From: Convolutriloba macropyga
Lineage: Eukaryota
DNA: 64,000 bases
NCBI RefSeq assembly: GCF_964194025.1
Contig: NC_134482.1
Span: 37,448,001 to 37,512,000 of the forward strand
Reading direction: 5' to 3'
In this document: positions 21,873 through 33,800 of the stretch, one piece after another
Layout of the letters: each line of letters opens with the position of its first letter
How positions within the stretch are numbered: the stretch's first letter is position 1
The notes under the pieces: model-generated
The model's input: the letters and a program-made list of their open reading frames with translations, nothing else
Told to the model about the DNA's origin: nothing
The model's database searches: none
Program-made: the position numbers and the translations under genes

Positions 21873-24800
21873 GTGTGTGTGTATCAAATTGTTTTGTTGT
21901 AAAGTATATTACTGTTTTTTTTGTAGAAGAGTCGCAATGAAAAGGCTAATTTTCCTCTCCTCGGGAATTTTAAAAGCAGGAAGAATCAAATTTTATTGGA
22001 GCGCTGTGTTTATTACTGTTTTTAGTTCAAGTTTTCACAAACAATAAAGTCCATTTAACAATTGATGCCCTTTCAACATATTTTCGATTTCAGGAAGTAC
22101 TGCATGCTGTATATGGTTTGAATACTGTGTTTTCTAATATGTTTGTTGAAATTTATAGTTTTCACTTTATTTGCCGCCTTAATCGTTGCCCCATGAATTC
22201 GTGACAAAATTTAACATTGAGATCTTTATAAAGTTATGTGATCCTTTCTAATGCATCGAGTTTATTACAAATGGCTGTTACGCCTTTTAAGAAAATTTTT
22301 ACAAAAAGTATAAGAGAATAAAAAATTTTTAAAATTAAAATTTTAGAAAGATGAAAAAAAGGAGAAACTTAACAACTTATAGTTTGATCCCACAGATGAC
22401 AGATCCTAAATTTGCTCTACTGAAACAAAAAGTAGTATATTGGGAGAATTTATCTTTGACCAATGGTTATATTTCTTTGAAAATACGAGGATTCAAAAAA
22501 CATTCCGATTTTTGATTAAAGTTCATAATTGTGGATCTTTTTTGTCATTTAATCACTGTGATGACGAGTCACCATTAGCGTTTAAACTTTTTGCAGAAAC
22601 CTAACTGTTTCCACGGCTTCGACATATTCTTTGCGCACTTTTATTTGCAATTCTTTGTTCTTGCCGGTCTCTGTTTTCCTTTTTTGGAATCGTAAAATTT
22701 GTTTTGTCGTAAACTTTGATGTCTGCCTTTTGAGGTTTAGGTTTATAAAAAGAATCTTTTTGTTTCAAAGCGTAGGTTTTTAATGAGTAATATAAATAAC
22801 GTTAATATAAAAATAGTTTTCTTGAAAATTGGTTTATTTATTTAATTCTGTATACCTGTTCAAAACGTATAAACTGTTTGCGAACTCAGATTGTGCGAAC
22901 CGAAATTGAAACGAGATAAAGTTAATCACAATCAAAACTGAAATTGAACAGCCTATTTTCAAGAATTCGACACATGTCGCAGTTTTAGTAGAACTTTTTT
23001 TGTTGACTTTATTTTTTGATCCATTTGTAGTCACATGAAAATCGCTGATTAACTTCAGGTCTCGTTAGCTTCATCTTGAGTTGGATTTGCAATTTTGTTT
23101 CTGATGTCATTTGAAAGCCAATGGGTAGCTTTTGCAGATCGTTGTGTTGTTTGTTGCAAAAAGTTATCAGTATATTTTTAAATTTACCAAGCTTTTTCTG
23201 ATTTTTGTCAATCTGTAGTTTTTTGTCGGCATCGATGATGTAACCGGTGCTTTGTGACCTGGACACCAAGAGTATTCATAAAAATCTGGTGAGTGGTTTA
23301 TGTTTGAGTTTCTTTTTGTCGTCTTTTCACATATCCCTTCATTAACAAGTCCCATTGAATTGACCCAGGTGAATTTATATAGTTTTTCATTTAAAATCTG
23401 GTGTAAATAATATGAAAGTCAACTGGATTAGAAATGTATAAAACTAAATTAATAGGTAATCATTTCACAGCTTTCAACGCTTTGTGATTTTGTTAAGGGT
23501 TTTCATACTTTTTTTGTGTTGCTGTAACTGTTGTCATTTTTCGCCCTGCCCAATCGCTTAGTCTCACTTGGTCTTCTTGGTCAGACAGGTCTTCTTGGTT
23601 TTCTTTTTGTGTAATTTTTACAGCATTTTTAATTTTTTATTTTCTATTTAAAAGTAGTGGTTGTTTTAGGTTCTAAAGGTGTTTGATCTCAAAAAAATCA
23701 ATACCTTTGAGATTTGCTCCCTTCGCTACCTGTTGACTTGTTACCTAGCCCCTTGAAGACGAATCCCGTCTGTTAAAGACAAGTAAATTGTGGGGTCTAG
23801 GTTTGATGGTACTTTTTCTTTGTTACTAAATGCTTTAAGAAATTATATATTGAGCTTTTGCCGTTTTCATCTTTTGGTTTTGATCTTTTTGCATTTGTAT
23901 TATTCCGTAGTTGTAAACTTTCTAGGTTTTAGGAGAGCTGTTGTTCGACATGATTATTAAGTCGTTTGGGTTTTCAATCTTGTTTGCTCGTATATTCAGT
24001 TTCGAACTTCTCTTCATCTCATAGACAATGATAAAAAAATTGGATGAGCTGGGTCGTCACATCAGCATTTTTCAAACAAAACTACAGAGCCTCTTTGTCG
24101 ATCTCTTTTTACAACCTCCTAGATTGATCCAGAATAGATGAAAACAGAGTTTCGTTTTGTTGAAAACTTTTGTTTGCTTTCAGTAAGCTCTGATAAAAGC
24201 TGAAAATAATCGACTTCTGATCCAAAACTATCTGCAGTCTCTCATGCGCTTTAAGAGCTTTTTTCTGTTCTTATATATGAAAAAGTCAATACCAACAGAC
24301 GTCTTTCGTTCGTTGAAAGTCTTGAAGAAGGCGAAGGAACAAAAAGAGTGGAAAAAAATTTCGCAAAATTGAAATTTTTATCCAGTCCAAGTTTAACTCT
24401 TTTTCGCCAATCAGTCAGCTTCAAAACATCTGTCTTTTGTTTTGAAATTTTTTTTTTGTTCAGAAAGATCAATTTTTCTTTCTTTTTCCCAAAACTTATT
24501 TATAGGAATTTGTTAATCTTGTCACTCAATCAAATCTAATTTTTATTTCTCCAACCTAAGAAATTTTGAATATCTTTTGAAAAACGATTACTTGCGCTCT
24601 ACTTTTAACTGCTCCTTTAAAAGAGAATGCCAGTGTGGATTTTTTCAAGGAGTTAGTGACTTTTTAGATTTTTGCAGAAGCAGTAGCTATAGGCATCAAT
24701 GGAAACTCAAAAAAAATCTGTAAATCCAAGCAATTTTTAAATTCTGATGCGTTTTGTCTATTCGCCAAAAGCGTTTTATATTTCCAAGCCAGGCTTACAA

Positions 24801-27800
24801 CTGTTGCGCAACCAAAACCTGTTGAAACATATATTAGCATATGTTTTTAGTTCTTCAATTTTTTTAAAACTCAATTTGAAGCATGGGTGCTGGCAAAATA
24901 AATTGAGCGAACCATATAAATTGAAGCTCTTTATTAATTTTTTGTTTTTATGAGCAAGTGAATGGCAACGGATGTTTTCAAAAAAAATTGTTAAAACTAA
25001 ACAAATTGTTCAACAAAACAAAAGAGCATCAGTAAATGCTTTTGATTATAAATGAGTCACTTTTAAGCTTAAGTTTTCAATAAAATGTGTGGGCTAATTT
25101 CTATCACGACAAACATTCACTTAACGATATTTTTTGGACTAAAAATTTTGTTTCTTGATTTTCCGATATAGAAATTTCAAACAAGGCTTTACTTTTTAAA
25201 AAAAGTATCCAAATTTTGCCATTAAAAGTCTTAAATCAATTTCTTATAGCTGTATTTAAGAGCACACTCTTACAATGATTAGTTACAGATTTTGAAAGAA
25301 TGCAAATAGTTTTTGAAATTGCACCAGAAACTTATTGAAATAAACGGCAACAGTTTCTCTATTCTAGAGATTCCAATTAAACGGGATTGTGATTCACACT
25401 AACGCTGATAAACAAGACATTTTCAGATCAATTTCTAGAGTCAAGCAGCGAAAACAAAATTATTTTACTAGACTCATTCAATTGAAACAACAATTTCTCT
25501 CGTCAGACTCTACAGCAATTCTTTCTGTACTTTGTTACAGTAAGTCGTTACCTCTGTCTTCTTTTGAATTTATATGAAAGCTTTCGTTTAGTTTCTTTTT
25601 TAATTGAAAAATTAAAGAAAAATGAGTCGCAGGATACAAGATCTTCTTCAATTGAGACAGTTTTTGAGAGAGGATCTTACTAACTATATTCTTGATACGA
25701 AAAGAAAAATAGATTCAACCAAAGATAATAAATAGACAGATTTTCAGTTCACAACCAAGATAGCGAAAATTTATATAAAATCGAAATAAAACAGAATGAG
25801 TGAATACCTAAAATCGAATTCAAAAAAGACATTAATTAGTTCTCAATGTTTACACAGTTAGATAGTTACTTGAACAAACTTATGTTGCATTAACGGGCAC
25901 TCAAGTTGCTATCAAGCTTACCAAAAGTTAGTCATTGGAATTAAGCAACTAAAGAACAATTGGGATGTAGTTGTTGGTAGAACAGTAGTGAAAAAAATTT
26001 GCGGCATGGGAAACTGCAGCGAGACTAAGAATTGTTCAGTTCATCTTCCTTCGTTGGCCCATAAGGAAATCAAATTAAAATTTTTCCCAAATTTAAAACG
26101 CAAACAGTTTGAATAAAACAATGATTTTCAATTTTTTATATGAAGCTTATAATTTAGTGTAGTTTGGGATATAAATCAGAATTTTTTTTTAGCTGAGCGT
26201 GGAGAAGCAGAATGTGTGAGCTGAATTTAGAAATCCAAATTGCAATTATGTTTCTGAATATCAGTTTTATTCCTTTAAAGCCCAATAATTTTGAAGTGGA
26301 GAATCCTTCAAAACACACAAGGGGTTTTTTGTGAAAGTCTTCTTCTTCGAATCAAATTAAGATCATATTTGCTTTCATCGGTTTTAAGCTGGAAAACATA
26401 ATTATTTCGGTGAAATGAGAATCTACGATCTCACAAACGCGCTTCTTTAGTGCCATGTTTTAAAATCGATATATATTTTTGTTTTCATACGAGGAATATA
26501 TGTGATTTTTTCCGTTCCATACCAGGTTCGTATATATGAGCTTTTTTTGTTTCATACTGGGATCAATTATGATTTCTTTGGTCTCATAAAAAAGTCATGT
26601 GTTTTTAAGAGTTTAATCTTACATTTCATGAATGGTCTGTCTAAGATATTTTGGATTTCACGCTGGAGCCATATATAAAAACTTGGATTTGTGACAAGGA
26701 TTGTGTATCATTTCTTTGGTTTCATACCAGGGTTGTACCAAAAAATCGAGTATGGTCAGTATGAAACAATATATGATCCTTGAAAGCAATCACAGAAATT
26801 TCAACATGGGTCGCCGTTTTTTCCATGGTGAAATACATTGATTGGTGAAAACTTATTGATTGAAGAGAGAAAGACAATACAGCCCATCTCGAAATGAATG
26901 GGGTCGGAACAAAGATAATCCCGACACCGTTTTTCAGTCTTTTCGTTTCAAGTAATGTCATCTATAGCAATCAGCTGATATACTTGAAGGAAAAATTTTT
27001 GTCAATTCTTGAATGAACTTTCAAAAATAAATAATTAGAAACTTTTCCATGCTTTAGCTCTCTTCGACAAAACTATTTACTTAGAGGTCGCTAATTTTCA
27101 CGTTTTTTGAACAAAAAATAATTCTTCGGTTTTAATCTGATTTGAGGGAGATTGTTATTGACAACACAATAAATTATCCAGATATAGATACTGCAATAAT
27201 TGACATTCCCGCCAACCACATAGGCTGAGGTCTCAGATTAATTCATTTTGGTCCAGACCAAAGATGAATTCACGAGGGCCCAAAATTACATAGCCCAGAA
27301 ACATTGAAAAAAAAAGAAGACTGAACTTGTTTGAACGAAAGTCAGGAGATCACATGAAGGTCTGGGTACAGACACATTCCGTTTTGGAGGGTCTGGACAT
27401 ACTTGGTTTTGGGTCTGGACCTCAGTTTTATCACGGTTCCGTTTTTTTACGTTCACGGTACCGCTATAAGTGTTCAAATTTATGTAGTTTTTCCGTCTAC
27501 AGGTGCAGTATTTTGGAGACGTAAAGATAGGAAGCCCCCCTCAGAACTTCACAGTGGTGTTCGATACTGGATCCTCTGATATCTGGATACCATCTCTGGC
27601 ATCTCCCGTCTCGTGTCTGGAATGCAAGCTGCACACCCAGTTTGACAGGATGCACTCATCCAGTTTCAAATGGGGTGGAAGAAAAGTGATTATCATCTTC
27701 AGGAAGTTTTTCCTAGGAGATTATATTTTACTTTTCCCGTTATCCCCATTGGCCCCACTCTTACATCTTTTTATTGCTGTAAAATAGGGGATGAAATAAA

Positions 27801-30800
27801 AAAAGCCCCATCATAACTTCTCATAGACCCCCCGCTCTCACTTTTTTTTGGGTGGATTTCTATAGGCGAGGGAGTATTTTCCAGTTGGTTCTTTTTGGGG
27901 GTGTGTTCAACACGGGTATCGAAAGAATTTTCCATTAGTTTCCACGTTGAGGTGCCCTCCGGAAGTGACCTTTGATCAGACCAAGTCCAACGCACACGGT
28001 GCGTTTCCAAACCAAAATTACAGGATCTGGAAAAAAACAAAAAAATTCAAAAAAAAATCCGCACGAAATGCTCTCTGATCAGACCCAATTGCGCTCAAAA
28101 TCTCCTCTGATCAGATTAATGTGCGCTTCAATCCGCCTCTGATCAGACCATTACCATCCTGAAGTGACCTCTGATCGTACCATACCCAGACCGAATTGAC
28201 CTCTGATCATACCATTCCCCGACTGAAGTGACTTCTGATCATACCATTCCCAGACCTAAGTGACCTCTGATCATACCATTGCCAGACCGAAGTGACCTCT
28301 GATCATGCTATTGTGAGCTCGAACCAAATCCTACCGAGAGATGTTGGCTCTGTCAAGAGGCAACAAAAAGCAGCGTTCTGATCGCAGACACATCTAGAGT
28401 CTGATGGCTTTGATCAGAACCAAAGAGTTCCAGCTGATCGAAAATGCGGGTTCCCTTAAAAGATTTTTTGACTAACTGTAGAACACGACGCTTTATATAG
28501 AAAACCGTCTAATTTCATCCATCGAGATCGAAATATGCACTATCTTTAGCAATAATTTTAGAGAGGTGTTTTCTTTAGATAAATTTAGATATTTTTATGA
28601 AATGAATATATATTAAAACAAAATTGCGTCTTTCCCATTATAACCCCCCCCCCTCCCCAGCTTAGTGGTCAGATAACCCATAGCCCCCCTCCCAATCATG
28701 GTAATTATACCATAATGGGGGGCTATAATTTCATTGGGGCTATAATGGGAAAGACCCACAAAATTAAAGACATTGGTACATAGTGAAAACCATGGACTGA
28801 TCAGACTATTTCGATCGCAATTGAGTCTGATCAGAAGTCATTTCGAGCGCATAATAGTCTGATCAGGTGTGAATTTTGCGCGCAGAATAGTCTTGATCAG
28901 AAGTGATTATGAGCACACAATCGTGTGGACTATGGTCTGGGTTTGTTCTGGGCCAAGCTTGCACGATCGTCTGGTAATGAACTGATTTCGGTCTCATCAG
29001 ATGTCATTTCCGTCTGGAAATGTCTGATTAGAGATAGTTTCGAGCACACTTGGAGCGCACATGGTGTTTCGATCGCACTTTAGTCTGATCAGAGGATTGT
29101 TTGGTCTGGGAGGGTTTGATCAGAGGTTACTTTCGCCTGGAGCGGTCTCTTCCGGATGGCACCTCAACCGGAGTTTCCTTTTGGAGTTTTGCGAGCCATT
29201 TTTTCACAGCAGTCGAAATTCGTTAAAATTTTTAGGAGTGAAATCCGAACTTAGATTTTATTTAGATATACATCTGTCCTTTTAAATGATTAGTGTTATT
29301 ACTGGGTTAAACGATAGTATAATGGTATTAATTCGTTTAGACTATAATTTAGAATGAAAGCATAAGAGGAAATGAACGGATATGGAGACAATTAAGAAGC
29401 TTTTATGAGTCTTAAATCAGGTTACACAGAAATCATGACATCATGATATGTCATGACATCATGACATCATGACATAAATTTCCAAATCTATTTTGTACAA
29501 ACTGTTTTTCGTATATCTCTAATTGTACCTGACTATATTACCTTATAAATATTGACTGTCTAAATACTGACTATATGACCTCCAGAACTGGCATTTCTTC
29601 AGGTCCAGATCCAGTACGTCCAGGGTATCATCCGTGGACTCCTCAATCAAGACAAAGTTTGCGTGGGCGAAGTGTGTGTGAAGAGACAACCTTTTGTAGA
29701 GACACTCAGCATAACGAACATGAACGACAATGAGTTCGATGGGGTTTTTGGTCTCGCCTTCCCCTCACTTTCGGCGAACCATGGAGATACCTGGATTCTA
29801 AAAGCCTACAAGACGGGAGTGATTGACAGACCAGTGTTCGCTTTCTACCTCAACGAGTGAGAAATCAATTGTGATAAGATATACACGAAACTTACTCTTT
29901 TCTGGTCTCGTATCACAAACAACAGTTGATATTTCGTCTTTTCCGGTTGCATATCACAATCAATAGTTTGACATTTTGAAACCTTTCACCGTTATATTGT
30001 AATGGATTGACATGCCTTAACGATTTTGCTGAAAAGTCCGTAATCAACTCACACGTTTGCATGAAACACACATTAAGCCATTGAAAAAAACTTGAAGTCC
30101 AATGTCAGATATATAACTCCGTGGCAATGGGAGAGTATAAATATTAATGAATGAATAGAAATAACTGAAGTGAAAAAAAATTAGATCAAGAAAACTTAAA
30201 GTCTCTGCATGACAGGCATCCATACCTAAGATAATGAGAATTGTTGATAGTCGAAAAAGATTGGTATGTTATTTTAGAAATCAGTAAAAATTGGTCTCTT
30301 GCCTCCCAAACCCACGGGTTCCTTACTCTAGTGGTCGCACCCCTTCTCAAGCAGAAAAATTCTCATCTTGCATGATCTGATAAGTCATCTTGGAAAACAA
30401 AGGTTCACATGCAACCTTTTCTATTGTACAAAATTTGATAACAAAACTTGGGCGACAAAAATTTTCTCAAAAACGAGAACTTTTTCTGCGCAATATTGCA
30501 GAAGACGAAACCGGATTATAAAAAATCTTTGTTCTCATGCTTAGTGTTCGATCTGAAGGTAAACAAGAATTTTTGTAGTGTAAGGGAGGTATTTGGAAGA
30601 GCCTTTGTATTTGGCAAAATGTTTCAGTGGCCAGAAACATTTGTGTTTTATACAGATCGAGGTTTTTTTTGTCCTCGTTTTTGGCGCAGACCATTTATGA
30701 ACGTACACAGAGGTGCATTCAAACATACGAGGATTTTTCTAAACACTATAAAAGCACCCGCACTTATGGTTGAGGCAAAATGGTCTCACCAAACTATAAA

Positions 30801-33800
30801 GAACCACGTTCTCCAACATAACAAGCCATTTTCTACACCCGAGAAAACTGTTTTTACAGGCAAGCTAAAAGCCGACCATCAACTTTTAAAAAGTTTTTGC
30901 ACCACCAAAACAAATAATAGGGTAGAACGTAACACTTCGACCTGCCTAGACCAATGTTTTTTTTTGTACATAAATAAGACAAAACTTTTGATATGAAAAA
31001 AAAAAATTGAGCCCGTTTAAAATTTCTGAAGCCTTTTCGTAAACATGAAGCAATGACTGGGTCATGATTTTATTGTGTCGTTCCTTCACTTCAACGAGCC
31101 ATAGTCTGATTAAAATCTCATTTTTGTCTGGACAGGTTTTTTATAAGAACATTTGAACGAGAGCATGATCACGGAAACAAGAGTTTCCATGTTCATGTGG
31201 TGCTCGTTCAAATGTTCTTATAAAAAACCTGTCCAGTCAAAAATGTGATATTATTCAGACTATGGCTAGTTCAAGTGAAGGAACGACACAATGAAGATAG
31301 AAAAAAATCATGATCCAGTCTTTGCCTCATGTTTACGAAAAGGCTTAAGAAATATTAAAAAAAGGCCCGAAACGAAGTCTGGATCATTGGTAATTTCGGT
31401 ATCCCTGGGTATTTCCATAATCAAAAATGGTTAGGATAAATAATTTCACAAAATGCTTTTGAACGAGGACCTCATTCTCTGTTTACTTGTTGCAGCGGCT
31501 GTGCTGCAAATAATCCGATACCTCATTTTCTAATTCTGAACACAAAAAGCAAGCTGTTTGCATCCAGAGAAATGAGAAAAAAATTGCTAAAGACTTAGTT
31601 TATAATTCTGAAATCTTGTTGAATGAGTTTAAATATTATGGTTTGCAAACTGAAAAGTTCCTTGTGACACTCTGAAGGCGTTGGGTAATTTAGCTACTGC
31701 TTCGGGCAGAAGCAAGCCAATGCTCACTAAAATTATGAAAAATCAACTGACCAAAAGTATCTTTTTCAGTATCATCTGTTAATTTTTTAGTGAACGCAGA
31801 TGGCATTCGACAGAAATTTAACCGTGAACATAAGGAAAAATTAGATCTTTTATAAGTAAGAAAAAGACGTAAGGCAGAAGGTTTCTTGCAATATTTAGGA
31901 ACAAAAGATTGTCAGTCATAACATGTTCATATTCAAAAAGCGGCCTAAATTGAATCATGATCGTTTTGGTAGACATCAATAAATTCCCATTTAAAGTGAA
32001 AAAAAAAACAATTGAGCCCAATCAGGTATAGTTCAAATAAATTATCATTTTTGTCAGTAGCGTTTTATTTTAGTTTTGCCCTTGGCCCCAAAGAAAACAG
32101 CCAGTTGGTGATTGGGGGTAGCGACCCCTCACTCTACAAAGAGCCCTTCACTCGGTTGCCAGTGACCTCCTTCGCATTCTGGCAGGTCAATTTGGACTCT
32201 GTCTCCGTCGGCTCCCTATATGAAAGTTAGCAAACACAGCATTTACACAAAAAACTTTCCGCACTGGTCCATCTAAATGTTTTCGATTTTTTAATTTTTT
32301 TTGTGAAATTTTCTATTCCATTTTAATTACGCGAAGCTCTTTTTTTCTCGAGACCAAGTCTGAAAATGATGTACCTATCCTAGAAAGATATAAGATATAA
32401 GTGGTACCATATAAGATCCCTTGGAACGCAGAATTCAAAAACGTAGCATGCAATCTTTTCTATTAAATTCAATGAAACTCAAATTAAAATCAACAAATAG
32501 TGGTGAATGCTTTGAGAGCGGTGAAAATAATCCACCGCTAAAAACCGCAAACTGCACAAAGTTAAATGAGCACAAGTTTCTAGCGAAGCAAAATTTAAAT
32601 GAAACTATGTGATATTTTAGAAGAAAGCGTTATTAAAAATCCACCACTTTTACAACAAAAGTCACTGAATTGCGCACATAGCTGCAGTAGTGGAAGAAAA
32701 GATTGTTTTTTTTTTTAAAAAAAAACAGTTATCTGTTTATGATTACTGTTAGCCAATTCTATTCCATGAGTACTAGTGACAGTTCCAATTGGCTTTCTAA
32801 ATAGTTTCAAGGAAACATATTTAGTTTTTTAGTTGAAAGATTATGGTCGTTTTGACTTTTAAAAATTTATGTTTTTAAAATAAACCATCGATTTTTGAGC
32901 TTTGAGACTTTTTTCTCTTTTTTGGTAGACTTGTAGCTAAAGTTAATAAAAACATGTCGCACAGTGTCTCTAATGTTCTAATGAATTAAACTTTATAATT
33001 TGCGGTTTGTTCGCGAAAGGCACAGTTGAACACATTGGAATTATTGTTGTTCACAATAACCATCAATTGGACGCAATTGACGATTTTTCGCAAAATATTT
33101 GAATAATTTTTGACTGTATCGTTATTTGTCTGTTTTTTTTTGTCGGTGTATTTAGACTTACTTTCTACAAATTAACTTTGATGTCCCTTTTGGTCCACCT
33201 TTTAACCAGTCTCATTAGTTAAAGGTCGCATTTCAATTTATTGGAAATTTTTCACAGAATTTTTTAGTAAAAGAAATTTATAGTTTACCAAAAGGGGTGT
33301 CTTTAAAGCCTCTGCACCAATTGAGATCAAAACTCAATTAGATTCAAACTAAAAACTTTTCGGTAGAAAAAGATAGATATTCATCAGATTGCAGTTGCGT
33401 TTAAGCGAAAAAAGTTTTCAAAAACAGTATATTTTAATCGGAACAAGGACTTACCCAAATCATTTCAAACTCATAATCAGACATCCATTTTTTCATAAAA
33501 TGAAAATGGTCTGAAAAAATCACCTAAAGAACCACTAACCTCAAGTCAATTTGTTGCTAAAAATCACTAAATGTTTTGAGGTTAGTATTCGGAAGATGCG
33601 CAGTTATCACCGGTGAAATTTTTGTTTTCAGCGCTTCCCGTTGGTAGCGGTGAAATATTTTCTATCACAGCTTAAGCGGTGAAAATAAACAATTCGCTGC
33701 TACTACTACAAAATTTCAACGCATTTGTTCCCCATAACGTTTATTGAATCTGAAATTATTTCACAAGAAACATTTTTGAAGTGAATGACAGATGGCGAAG

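Larger units (their letters stand above)
27946..29169. mobile_element. Non-autonomous foldback/DNA-transposon-like element with many TGATCAGA subterminal motifs (intron 2); counterpart at ~51060-52432
   Basis: gttgaggtgccctccggaagtgacc at ~27946 is inverted at ~29144-29169; regularly spaced tctgatcaga motifs in both halves; exact ends and TSD not resolved. Confidence 0.55.

Noticed and set aside
21811-22047. Cys/Val-rich ORFs here and at 63005-63256
   Set aside because: Translations of (GT)n/(CA)n microsatellites.
30448-30996. 182-aa intronic ORF
   Set aside because: No recognisable domain, non-ATG start, and the frame is not conserved in the homologous region of the right arm.
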